Assembly: GCF_006345805.1 (NCBI RefSeq)
Contig: NC_042997.1
Coordinates: 55,490,001 to 55,554,000, forward strand
Direction: 5' to 3'
DNA length: 64,000 nt
DNA from: Octopus sinensis
Lineage: Eukaryota
The translations under genes were made by a program, and so were the position numbers. Of the stretch, positions 27,691 through 39,904 are shown in pieces (position 1 is the first letter of the stretch; every line of letters begins with the position of its first letter). Below the pieces are notes generated by a model. The model did no database searches and had not been told where the DNA came from. It saw only the letters and a program-made list of their open reading frames with translations.

Positions 27691-29925
27691 ATGAATTCAT
27701 CGTGAGGCGCGATTTCTAATATGTTTGATATTACATTATATTTGAATCTCATTGCCAGACTTATGAAAGCGTCTTTCAAGGATGAAAACATTATTGCGAA
27801 TTGCGAGTTACTATAATTTGCTTAATGGAAAAACATGCATTGGTTTAACACTCACTCATTTTGCTGAATTCTGCCGCATCGCTAATCCAGCTTTTTGATC
27901 CTCGCCCATGATACACGCTCCTAGAATGATATTTACATCAAGCAGCGCTCACTGATTTCCATTACAATTTTAAAGCGCAAACAAAATCGCTGTATTTGAT
28001 GAAAGGGTATATTAATTGTTAAATCATATTTGTTATTGTTACAGGTCATCTTTTTTTAATGCTTTAATGGACTTTATTTGTACGCGAATAACATTCTTCT
28101 TAATATTAAATAATGATGTGACTGCTAACTGCTGAACTGTGTATTTATGTGTGTTATGTGTGTATATATACGTATACAAATATGCATGCATGGGTATATA
28201 TGGATATATGCATGTACATCTATGTACATACATACATATATGTATGTATGCATGCATGCATGTATGTATGTATTATATATGAAGTGAGAGAGGGGAGTAA
28301 AAGCATATTCTAATCTCTTTCAAATGACTATTAAATAATGATTGCTTTGTTGAATTATTATATAGTTATTATATTCAAGTCTGACTATATTTAAAGGTCA
28401 CTAGCAAGCAATAAGCGATTTCTGGTTACCTTTCAATGAATCATCTTCATGATTAGCCAATGAGTGAACTTCTACACGGTTGTGTAAGCCGCTAAAAATA
28501 GTAGCTATATTTCCTTAAAATTACAATAATTATATACAAATTTTTTGAGGAAAGAATTAGGTAGCGTTAATAGTTTTCTACTATATTTTCTGAATCTCGA
28601 GGTGGCCTAAACCTTATCGTTACTAGCTAAGAAAATATAATCGTACAGTAATCTGCTTCATTCAGATGTGATATGTTTTGCTGTTGCTTACTCTTTTTTT
28701 CTTTTAGCTAATTCCAATGGGTCAAGAAACCACGTGGAATCTTCTACGTTACACACAAAATGAAACGCTTTTAACCCATCGAAACCTTTTTTGACTAGAT
28801 AAGGTAATAAACTTTGAAACTCACCATACAATGATAAGAGCGAAATGCTAACGAAATGACTGTGCGCTTAAGAAATTTACTTCTCAATTAAATGCTTCTG
28901 GGGTCGGTCTCAGTCCGTGGCGTCTTGAGCAAGAGACGTCTACTATATTCTGTGTACGGGAGACTGTTAAATACAAATGTACACACCACTAAGTTGATTA
29001 TCGCCGCTATAGGAGAAACTGTGTACATCTATCCTTGCTTATCACTGATTCATTCACCACTGATCCGGGATAACACGCTAATTGTTTCGCTTCTCTCGAA
29101 CTGATCTTTGATCGGTGATTAGTCAAAGATTCTGCTTGAACCGCAAAAGCGCGCTCCACCGACCATCGACAATGCTCACGACATCTTTAGATCTCAGAAC
29201 GAAACCTATATTTCCCAAATGTTTTATTATTTATTATTTCCTGATTCATTGTTTTTTTTTTTAACCTTACACCCGTGATAGACGAGGGTAGATGTATCGT
29301 TACTTCATTGCGTTTTTTTTTAATCTGTGATCTTTGTATGAGTTCGATTATACTTTTTTTATATCAATTATCAATTTCATACCTGTAATACAAGGTCTCA
29401 AATTTGGCGAGACAGTATAATCAACCTGATCACAGTATTTCACTAACGCTTTAAATTTATTGACCCGAAGAATGAAAGGCGAAGTTGATCCCAGAACATA
29501 AGCGATTATAACAAAATACAGAAAGGCATTTTGTCTGACTGTCCGATTCCCTATAATTTTGCGACAATAACGATCTTATTTATCAAATAAAACTTAGTGA
29601 TGCTCATTGCTTCGGAATTCCTAATAATTTTTTTAACATATTTTTCATTACTGGACATTTTTTGCTAACATATATTTTCTGCCAAATTATATTGTACCCT
29701 AATAATGTCTTATATTTGAAGCCTCAGCCAAGACTCACGTTCACAGGACTAAATTTGTACTCACAATTGCGTGCCGCAAGCAACATTACAATAAAATGTT
29801 TTCAATATATTTGTTTTGGGTGTTCCTTTGCGAAAAAAATTGTGAATTGATTTTTAAAATGTGAAAACAGGATTGATCATGCGAATCTAGTTTACTGCAG
29901 GGCTAATTCAAGAAAGTTCCCCCCG

Positions 29926-29962
<37 letters not shown>

Positions 29963-30071
29963 AACACATACATACATAAACAAATACCTACGTGCGTGAA
30001 GGTATGCATAGCATACTTAGCTGCACACACACACATATATATATACATATATATATATGTATAATATGTAT

Positions 30072-30105
<34 letters not shown>

Positions 30106-30319
30106 ATACATATGCGAGTACATGTGAGTACATAAATATATGATACATATGTGAGTACATAAGGTAGAAAAATTGTACTCGAATAGCAATGATAGGTTAA
30201 AATGATAGTTTAATGAAGGAGCTATATATACATACACAGTCTATGAAGCTGTATCTTTTAATTTTTACTGGCTTCAGCTAAAGGCTGAGGCCATGCTGGG
30301 GCGGTGCCTTTAGTGTGAT

Positions 30320-31360
30320 TGGTTTTCTTACCGGAATTGTTTCCGGTCAAATGGAGAGTTGGACAGAACTGTTCTTGTTTGTGTTTCCTGCTGCGATATA
30401 GGCTCATCCAGTACCTCAGATAAAAATTTGTTCAAACATTCTTTGAAAACCTGTACATCTACAACTCGCAGTTCCCTGAGGTAGTTTGGCAGAATACTGA
30501 AAATCTGTGGGCCCTTGAACTCTAAGCTGTCTCAGTACTGGGTCCTTATTTTAGATGGGGATGGGTACTATGCTGTGCCGTCGAGTTCGGATGTTGGTAT
30601 AGCTTTTAATCTCGAAGGCGGGATAGACTTTCCAGAAATTTCCATATGTGTACTTCTTCATATCTTCCGCCTCTTTTCTCTAGAAAATAAAGCCTCATTT
30701 CCTTTAGCCTTTCTCAATACCTCATCTGTTACACCGAGTCAATCTTCTTTGCTTAGTGACTTTGGATTGCCTCGACTTCACAGTTGAGAACACTAATCTG
30801 GGTGTTTGAAAACGAGTTTTTTCCATACAAGTGGTATAGTATCCTTCTTTTCTAATTCTGAGTGATCTCATTCGCCTGCACAGTGTTGCCATTTTGGTGA
30901 TATGCACATGGAACGTTGCATCATCACTTATCTGGATTCGTAGGTCACGCACCGATTCTGACTTTGGGATCGCCCTACCATCTGGTCCTGTGTAATCCGT
31001 CTGTAGTCTCTTTGAGTCGCTAATAGTGAGTCGCTTGAAACTTCTAAGCATTGAACTGCATGCTATTTTCACCAACGCACATGTATATTTCATTCATGTC
31101 TATTTCTAGTTTCAGGGTATCATCAAGGTTCTCGACCGCCTGCGATAATTTTATATCATCAACATAGCTTGTGGTTGACTGTATGGCTGAGGGCATGTAT
31201 GAGAGAGCCGCCACAAGTACAGTTCCTAAGATATTTCCCTGAGAACATATGTCTCCTGAGAGAGAGCAGCATTGCTTGCAACTGTTTACTTCTGGCCTTT
31301 AAAAAGTCTTGTAACCACTTTCGTAGTTTCTGGCCGTAACTAAGGCCACACAGCTTCTGA
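30320..31360 (-). mobile_element. CR1-clade LINE 3' fragment (RT C-terminus to the ORF end)
   Basis: KWLQDFLKAR.Q, a decayed SGVPQG block, YTGPDGRAIPKSESVRDL.IQISDDATFHVHI, FSLEKR.KI, FKGPQIFSILPNYLR and VLDEPISQQ...LSNSPFD. Confidence 0.88.
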
Positions 31361-32183
31361 CATATATGTATGTGTGTGTGTGTGGTGTGTGTGTGTTGGG
31401 GTGCGGGGGTGCGTGCGTACATTAATGCGCTAAATTTATATAATACTGGTGAGAACAACGCTTCCAAATTGATTACAAACCCAATTGAGGAAATAAACGA
31501 GTGAAGAAAGTTAAATTGTAAGAATTAAGATTGTATATAATGTAATTTGTTGATTAACGCCAGTCAGTTAATGACAGAGTTATAGCGGAGATACTAAACA
31601 TAGTTACAGGTTTTAATATATAACATAACAACTAAAATTACTTCCGTTAAGTACTAATTACTAATGCCAGGTGCGACATATGGAAAGCAACATCGAAATA
31701 TATAATATAACGTTACATGCAACGCCATATATGTATTTATTGTTGAAGGCATATAACGTAAGATTTATGTTTAATTATTATTAAGTGTATGACGATGACT
31801 AATTAGTTACAATTTATTGCTAAGGGATTAATCCGTAGTATTTGCGTGCTACTTTATGCAATAGTTTAATGTCTATTTATGTGATTTGTCAGCCAGATAT
31901 CCAATGTTCTCTTTGCAGTAGTATATAATTTACATACAAATATGAGCTCGACGCTTCAAATACCAGTTTAGACATGCGGAAAGCGATGTGAACTGATATG
32001 CGAAAGTATCATTTACATAAAATCTTTCACACTAGACTATTAGGTTTTATAGCAAGCACTTAATACAAGCCTCCTCCGCACTCATGCACGCACAGAGAAA
32101 GAGAAACAGAGACAGACAGAGACACGCAGACAGAAGCGCTATAATACATAATAAATGCACACACACATACACACACACACACA

Positions 32184-32233
<50 letters not shown>

Positions 32234-32354
32234 ATAGAGGGCATTATTACACATAAATGCCTCACACTAGGAGGGACAAAGTCATTACTACCAAAATTAT
32301 ACTAATCATACCCAAATGCAGTTTTTCAAAGCAAGACATTTAAAAAATGAATTT

Positions 32355-32413
32355 AGTTCTGTATCACCGTGATTTCACATTCAACTTTACGTCTAATGAT
32401 CGTCAGCAGAACT
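32355..32413 (-). ncRNA. Type I hammerhead ribozyme, array copy 1
   Basis: Reverse complement reads AGUUCUG-CUGACGA-U-CAUU..AAUG-U-GAAA-UCA-CGG-UGA-UA^CAGAACU. Confidence 0.85.
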
Positions 32414-32840
32414 GATTCTGAACACATCATAAATAAACTACCAACCTTACGTAGCGAAGACGAACAGACAACTGCTCACTGCTCACTCCGGCCAAGCACA
32501 TGGAATGTTTATAATCATATATCCGGTAAATGGCGGGCTTTTTACGAACTGCATGTCGGGTAATGAAAAGTATTTCGGAATAAGTTTAACAATTAGGATA
32601 ATCTCTTAATAAGGGATCTTAACAAGAAATTATCGGGTAGCTAGCGTGAAAACCTCATAAAAGAAAAGAATTCGAAAATAATTTTTTTCCTTTGAACAAA
32701 TTAATTATATCTATATTGTATAGAGGGCATTATTACACATAAATGCCTCACACTAGGAGGGACAAAGTCATTACTACCAAAATTATACTAATCATACCCA
32801 AATGCAGTTTTTCAAAGCAAGACATTTAAAAAATGAATTT

Positions 32841-32899
32841 AGTTCTGTATCACCGTGATTTCACATTCAACTTTACGTCTAATGATCGTCAGCAGAACT
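32841..32899 (-). ncRNA. Type I hammerhead ribozyme, array copy 2
   Basis: Same sequence as copy 1. Confidence 0.85.
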
Positions 32900-33317
32900 G
32901 ATTCTGAACACATCATAAATAAACTACCAACCTTACGTAGCGAAGACGAACAGACAACTGCTCACTCCGGCCAAGCACATGAATGTTTATAAATCATATA
33001 TCCGGTAAATGGCGGGCTTTTTACGAACTGCATGTCGGTAATGAAAAGTATTTCGGAATAAGTTTAACAATTAAGGATAATCTCTTATAAGGGATCTTAA
33101 CAAGAAATTATCGGGTAGCTAGCGTGAAAACCTCATAAAAGAAAAGAATTCGAAAATAATTTTTTTCCTTTGAACAAATTAATTATATCTATATTGTATA
33201 GAGGGCATTATTACACATAAATGCCTCACACTAGGAGGACAAAGTCATTACTACCAAAATTATACTAATCATACCCAAATGCAGTTTTTCAAAGCAAGAC
33301 ATTTAAAAAATGAATTT

Positions 33318-33376
33318 AGTTCTGTATCACCGTGATTTCACATTCAACTTTACGTCTAATGATCGTCAGCAGAACT
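33318..33376 (-). ncRNA. Type I hammerhead ribozyme, array copy 3
   Basis: Same sequence as copy 1. Confidence 0.85.
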
Positions 33377-34173
33377 GATTCTGAACACATCATAAATAAA
33401 CTACCAACCTTACGTAGCGAAGACGAACAGACAACTGCTCACTCCGGCCAAGCACATGGAATGTTTATAAATCATATATCCGGTAAATGGCGGGCTTTTT
33501 ACGAACTGCATGTCGGGTAATGAAAAGTATTTCGGAATAAGTTTAACAATTAAGGATAATCTCTTAATAAGGGATCTTAACAAGAAATTATCGGGTAGCT
33601 AGCGTGAAAACCTCATAAAAGAAAAGAATTCGAAAATAATTTTTTTCCTTTGAACAAATTAATTATATCTATATTGTATAGAGGGCATTATTACACATAA
33701 TGCCTCACACTAGGAGGGACAAAGTCATTACTACCAAAATTATACTAATCATACCCAAATGCAGTTTTTCAAAGCAAGACATTAAAAAATGCATTTTGGA
33801 GTATGAGTATATGATTAGTATAATTTTGGTAGTAATGACTTTGTCCCTCCTAGTGTGAGGCATTATGTGTAATAATGCCCTCTATACAATATAGATATAA
33901 TTAATTTGTTCAAAAGAAAAAAATTATTTTCGAATTCTTTTCTTTTATGAGGTTTTCACGCTAGCTACCCGATAATTTCTTATTAAGAGATTATCCTTAA
34001 TTGTTAAACTTATTCCGAAATACTTTTCATTACCCGACATGCAGTTCGTAAAAAGCCCGCCATTTACCGGATATATGATTTATAAACATTCCATGTGCTT
34101 GGCCGGAGTGAGCAGTTGTCTGTTCGTCTTCGCTACGTAAGGTTGGTAGTTTATTTATGATGTGTTCAGAATC

Positions 34174-34232
34174 AGTTCTGCTGACGATCATTAGACGTAA
34201 AGTTGAATGTGAAATCACGGTGATACAGAACT
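34174..34232 (+). ncRNA. Type I hammerhead ribozyme, array copy 4
   Basis: AGTTCTG (34174-80) CTGACGA (34181-87) TCATTAGACGTAAAGTTGAATGT GAAA (34211-14) TCACGGTGATA^ (site after 34225) CAGAACT (34226-32). Confidence 0.88.
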
Positions 34233-34651
34233 AAATTCATTTTTTAAATGTCTTGCTTTGAAAAACTGCATTTGGTATGATTAGTATAATTTTGGTAGTA
34301 ATGACTTGTCCCTCCTAGTGTGAGGCATTTATGTGTAATAATGCCCTCTATACAATATAGATATAATTAATTTGTTCAAAGGAAAAAAATTATTTTCGAA
34401 TTCTTTTCTTTTATGAGGTTTTCACGCTAGCTACCCGATAATTTCTTGTTAAGATCCCTTATTAAGAGATTATCCTTAATTGTTAAACTTATTCCGAAAT
34501 ACTTTTCATTACCCGACATGCAGTTCGTAAAAAGCCCGCCATTTACCGGATATATGATTTATAAACATTCCATGTGCTTGGCCGAGTGAGCAGTTGTCTG
34601 TTCGTCTTCGCTACGTAAGGTTGGTAGTTTATTTATGATGTGTTCAGAATC

Positions 34652-34710
34652 AGTTCTGCTGACGATCATTAGACGTAAGTTGAATGTTGAAATCACGGTG
34701 ATACAGAACT
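34652..34710 (+). ncRNA. Type I hammerhead ribozyme, array copy 5
   Basis: Core and helices I and III intact; 1-nt deletion in loop II and an extra T before GAAA. Confidence 0.78.
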
Positions 34711-35134
34711 AAATTCATTTTTTAAATGTCTTGCTTTGAAAAACTGCATTTGGGTATGATTAGTATAATTTTGGTAGTAATGACTTGTCCCTCCTAGTGT
34801 GAGGCATTTATGTGTAATAATGCCCTCTATACAATATAGATATATTAATTTGTTCAAAGGAAAAAAATTATTTTCGAATTCTTTTCTTTTATGAGGTTTT
34901 CACGCTAGCTACCCGATAATTTCTTGTTAAGATCCCTTATAAGAGATTATCCTTAATTGTTAAACTTATTCCGAAATACTTTTCATTACCGACATGCAGT
35001 TCGTAAAAAGCCCGCCATTTACCGGATATATGATTTATAAACATCCATGTGCTTGGCCGGGTGCTGGCGAGTGAGCAGTGTCTGTTCGTCTTCGCTACGT
35101 AGGTTGGTAGTTATTTTATGATGTGTTCAGAATC

Positions 35135-35192
35135 AGTTCTGCTGACGATCATTAGACGTAAGTTGAATGTGAAATCACGGTGATACAGAACT
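35135..35192 (+). ncRNA. Type I hammerhead ribozyme, array copy 6
   Basis: Core intact; 1-nt deletion in loop II. Confidence 0.83.
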
Positions 35193-35612
35193 AAATTCAT
35201 TTTTTAAATGTCTTGCTTTGAAAAACTGCATTTGGGTATGATTAGTATAATTTTGGTAGTAATGACTTTGTCCCTCCTAGTGTGAGGCATTTATGTGTAA
35301 TAATGCCCTCTATACAATATAGATATAATTATTTGTTCAAAGGAAAAAAATTATTTTCGAATTCTTTTCTTTTATGAGGTTTTCACGCTAGCTACCCGAT
35401 AATTTCTTGTTAAGATCCCTTATTAAGAGATTATCCTTAATTGTTAAACTTATTCCGAAATACTTTTCATTACCCGACATGCAGTTCGTAAAAAGCCCGC
35501 CATTTACCGGATATATGTTTATAAACATTCCATGTGCTTGGCCGGAGTGAGCAGTTGTCTGTTCGTCTTCGCTACGTAAGGTTGGTAGTTTATTTATGAT
35601 GTGTTCAGAATC

Positions 35613-35671
35613 AGTTCTGCTGACGATCATTAGACGTAAAGTTGAATGTGAAATCACGGTGATACAGAACT
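35613..35671 (+). ncRNA. Type I hammerhead ribozyme, array copy 7
   Basis: Identical to copy 4. Confidence 0.88.
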
Positions 35672-36095
35672 AAATTCATTTTTTAAATGTCTTGCTTTGA
35701 AAAACTGCATTTGGGTATGATTAGTATAGTTTTGGTAGTAATGACTTTGTCCCTCCTAGTGTGAGGCATTTATGTGTAATAATGCCCTCTATACAATATA
35801 GATATAATTAATTTGTTCAAAGGAAAAAAATTATTTTCGAATTCTTTTCTTTTATGAGGTTTTCACGCTAGCTACCCGATAATTTCTTGTTAAGATCCCT
35901 TATTAAGAGATTATCCTTAATTGTTAAACTTATTCCGAAATACTTTTCATTACCCCCGACATGCAGTTCGTAAAAAGCCCGCCATTTACCGGATATATGA
36001 TTTATAAACATTCCATGTGCTTGGCCGGAGTGAGCAGTTGTCTGTTCGTCTTCGCTACGTAAGGTTGGTAGTTTATTTATGATGTGTTCAGAATC

Positions 36096-36154
36096 AGTTC
36101 TGCTGACGATCATTAGACGTAAAGTTGAATGTGAAATCACGGTGATACAGAACT
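36096..36154 (+). ncRNA. Type I hammerhead ribozyme, array copy 8
   Basis: Identical to copy 4. Confidence 0.88.
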
Positions 36155-36951
36155 AAATTCATTTTTTAAATGTCTTGCTTTGAAAAACTGCATTTGGGTA
36201 TGATTAGTATAATTTTGGTAGTAATGACTTTGTCCCTCCTAGTGTGAGGCATTTATGTGTAATAATGCCCTCTATACAATATAGATATAATTAATTTGTT
36301 CAAAGGAAAAAAATTATTTTCGAATTCTTTTCTTTTATGAGGTTTTCACGCTAGCTACCCGATAATTTCTTGTTAAGATCCCTTATTAAGAGATTATCCT
36401 TAATTGTTAAACTTATATATATATATATATATATACATACACTTTTTTCTTGTACTTAATTCAGGCATTGGATTGCAGACATGCAACGAACCGCGTTGAA
36501 AAGTTTAATTGAACAAATCGCCCCCAGTAATATTCGCTTTAAAGGTTTGGTAATTTGTTGATTTTTTTATACCGAGCCGCTAGGTTACGGGGACGTAGAC
36601 AAACCAACAACGTTTGTCAAGCGTTAGTCGGACAAATACTACACAAACACACTCACACACATACACACGCATACTCACACACACGCGCACAACCATCCGT
36701 CCATTATCACTGCACATCTTCAGTCCACTGGCGGACGAAGACCTAGCATGTTCTTTACATTAAACCTGGCGTGATGTTTTCCATATCCATGTTCGGATAC
36801 CAAAGAATTTAACAAAATCTTCATTCCAGCTTCTGCATGGTCTTCTCCTTTTTTCTGTCAATTTGGTTTTACACACACACACACACACATACACTCACAT
36901 ACACACAAAGTACATTACGTATAATGTACACATATAAAGTACATTACGAAC

Positions 36952-37142
36952 GCAGTATAGCTGTGAAAATAGCAGAGAAAGATTGGGTATTTACTCCTAT
37001 AAGACAGAAAAAAAGTTGCCAGCATGCAACTTTTTACCTGGAGTCAAACTCCGTAACCCTCAGATAGCAGCCGAGCGCTCGAACCATTAACCTAAAGGTT
37101 AAACATCCAATCACTCTCTGCTATTTTCATAGCTATACTGTG
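36952..37142. repeat. ~190-bp MITE-like inverted repeat
   Basis: CAGTATAGCTGTGAAAATAGCAGAGAAAGATTGG versus CCAATCACTCTCTGCTATTTTCATAGCTATACTG, with an inner AAAAAGTTGC..GCAACTTTTT hairpin. Confidence 0.75.
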
Positions 37143-37209
37143 CTCGAAATTTACTTTCTCGTCTGTAAAATACCAACACTTTCAGCGCTCCCAAAGTTTG
37201 TTTATCATA

Positions 37210-37620
37210 TACTCTTTTACTCTTTTACTTGTTTCAGTCATTTGACTGCGGCCATGCTGGAGCACCGCCTTTAATCGAGTAACTCGACCCCGGGACTTAT
37301 TCTTTTGTAAGCCCAGTACTTATTCTATCGGTCTCTTTTGCCGAACCGCTAAGTAACGGGGACATAAACACACCAGCATCGGTTGTCAAGCAATGCTAGG
37401 GAGACAGACACAGACACACAAACGAACACACGCACATATATATATATACATATATACGACAGGCTTTTTTCAGTTTCCGTCTACCAAATCCACTCACAAG
37501 GCTTTGGTCGGCCCGAGGCTATAGTAGAAGACACTTGCCCAAGGTGCCACGCAGTGGGACTAAACCCGGAACCATGTGGCTGGTAAACAAGCTACTTACC
37601 ACACAGCCACTCCTGCGCCT
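37210..37620 (-). mobile_element. Full-length, young tRNA/CORE-type SINE
   Basis: Head AGGCGCAGGAGTGGCTGTGTGGTAAG, CORE-like CCTTGGGCAAGTGTCTTCT, internal (TA)/(TG) tract, tail GCATGGCCGCAGTCAAATGACTGAAACAAGTAAAAGAGTAAAAGAG. Confidence 0.95.
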
Positions 37621-38096
37621 ATATATATATAAATATATATATATAATCTGTATTAAATTAAGAGAAGAAAATGAAGATTTAGTGGTTAATAATTTTTTAT
37701 TGATAAATAATTATTAATCACTAACTCTCCATTTTCTTCTATTAATTTAATACGGATTATATATTATACCAATTGATTTAGGGAAATTTTATTTCCCAAA
37801 CATATAAGGTATAGAACCAGTGTTTTCTTGGATGTAATCATTCCTTCATGAGGTTAATACATTCCCTAATTAACTTAAATATATACACATACACACACAC
37901 ACATACACACACACACATACAGACACATATATATATTTAAATGTATGCATGTATGTATGTATGTACGTGTGTGTGTGTACGCTTGCATAAATAAATAGAG
38001 TTTTTAATCAGTTGGACCCATTAATATAATTTTCTCAAATTCTCTCTCTTTATGTATATATGCATATATATATATATATATAATATATATATATAT

Positions 38097-38144
<48 letters not shown>

Positions 38145-38264
38145 TGTATGTATGTATGTATGTATGTATGTATGTATGTATGCACGCATGCATGTATGTA
38201 TAGGTTTTATGTATACGTGTGCACACATATACCGTACAGATATAGATAGATAAATTCATAGATA

Positions 38265-39790
38265 AATACAGCTTCACAATACAACCTCTATAGTCAGGTG
38301 ACAATTATAAGTATCTTGCACAAGTTGGGAATGTCAGATATGATGGACCCATAAATAAGGAGAGAACCAGGAATAAATACCTCAGAAGAGTAAAGAAAAT
38401 ATTATCATCAGAGCTCTCTGCTTACAATAAGCATATCGCCCAAAATACCTTTGCAGTGTCTGTTCTCACGCCTACGTTTGGCCTTCACACGTGGGCACGA
38501 CAAGAATTCAATGCGATAGATGTTAGTGTTATAGGAAACTTCGACATCAAGGGAGATGTAGACAGGATATATATAAATTCACACAAGAATGGTGGTCGTA
38601 GCCTCAAATCTGTATAGATATCATATGAAGCACGTATTGTAACGCGGAAACATTTGCAGCAGTAGAAAGAGACCTGTAACCGTCTTTTCCAAGTTTGTGA
38701 CCATGAAATCAAAAACATAATTAGGATAGCTAGTGAACTTGAGGAGCGGTATAAATGAAGAGCTAAGACAGATCTTTTCCCCGGGTGCATTGGTAAAATC
38801 TATTTAGCAGAACAACGGAATAAAAAAATGGAACAGTTCACTGACAAAATAGTGCAACGGTACACGTCACGTAAAACACAATCCATAGAATAGATTAATC
38901 ATGTCAAAAGCCTGGCATGGAGTACCGACAAGTCTATGACATCCCTCGTTTTAAGGCTACATCCATATAATCCAAGAACAAGAGATCACCACAAGTACCT
39001 ACAGTATATCAGGCAGAAAACATTTACATACAATAAATGCAGGCTGTGCAAGTCCGAGATTGAAGACATCAATCACGTTATTGCCAACTGCGAGAGATTG
39101 TCTTCTAGATATTATTGTAGGACCACAAAGGAAAGATATCTTGCCTTAGTAACAAAATAGAAAACATTACAAACGAAGTTCATCATATGGAGACCAATAG
39201 GTCAAAAGAATATTGGTGGAACTTAGAAATTAAAACAGCCACTAGTTAAAACACAACCCGTCAGATATTGTTGCGTAGGACCACAAGGAAAGATATCTTG
39301 CCTTAGTAACAAAATAGAAAACATTTACAAACGAAGTTCATCATATGGAGACCAATAGGTCAAAAGAATATTGGTGGAACTTAGAAATTAAAACAGCCAC
39401 TAAGTTAAAACACAACCCGTCAGATATTGTTGCGTAGGACCACAAAGGAAATCTGTCGCGGAAATCTGCTGTCCTCTGGGTTCCAATGTGGTTAGAAAAA
39501 TACAAGAGAAATAGGACATCTATAGATCATTGATAAGGAGCTTGCAAATCCAGTATCCAATATAAACTCCACTATTATTAGTGGAGCAACAGAGTACATA
39601 TTAACCATCTGCAGCAAAATGTAACTGGATTTCGAATACTGCGGAGATAACGCGAATTCATACGCTACAAATGACCACGATATCTGGGATTACAAAATAT
39701 TGTAAGGCCTTAAGGTTTAAAGAGTGATGAACAAAACAAGATGATTTTCTTCACAACATTGCTACCAAGTAGGTGGCCGGTCAAGATTTA
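38265..39790 (+). mobile_element. R4-clade RLE LINE 3' fragment (RT domain 7 to the 3' UTR), decayed
   Basis: GDNYKYL...KERTRNKYLRRVKKILSSELSAYNK, DVDRIYINSHKNGGR, KCRLCKSEIEDINHVIANC (CCHC), EYWWNLEIKT..KHNPSDIV; followed by (ACAT)n. Confidence 0.9.
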
Positions 39791-39836
39791 CTCTAAATTA
39801 GAAAGAGAAAGAGAAGAGCAAACATACATACATACA

Positions 39837-39870
<34 letters not shown>

Positions 39871-39904
39871 CATACATACATACATACATACTTAAATACA
39901 TACA

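Larger units (their letters stand above)
32231..36414. mobile_element. Retrozyme-like tandem array: ~480-bp hammerhead-containing unit, ~8.7 copies, divergent fold-back, between (TA)n tracts
   Basis: Units start at 32231, 32717, 33195 and 33675 (partial); orientation switches at ~33791; inverted units end at 33888, 34354, 34833, 35316, 35795 and 36278, with a partial unit to 36414. (TA)n lies at 32187-32230 and 36415-36435. Confidence 0.9.

Noticed and set aside
32369-36140. Repeated 62-90 aa ORF MISHSTLRLMIVSRTDSEH...
   Set aside because: Starts at GTG, its length varies with 1-bp indels between units, it has no recognisable domain, and it lies antisense to the ribozyme.
32231-36414. CRISPR array or Helitron tandem array as the explanation for the 480-bp repeats
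   Set aside because: There are no unique spacers or cas genes and the context is eukaryotic; no hairpin-plus-CTAG Helitron 3' end could be identified in the unit.
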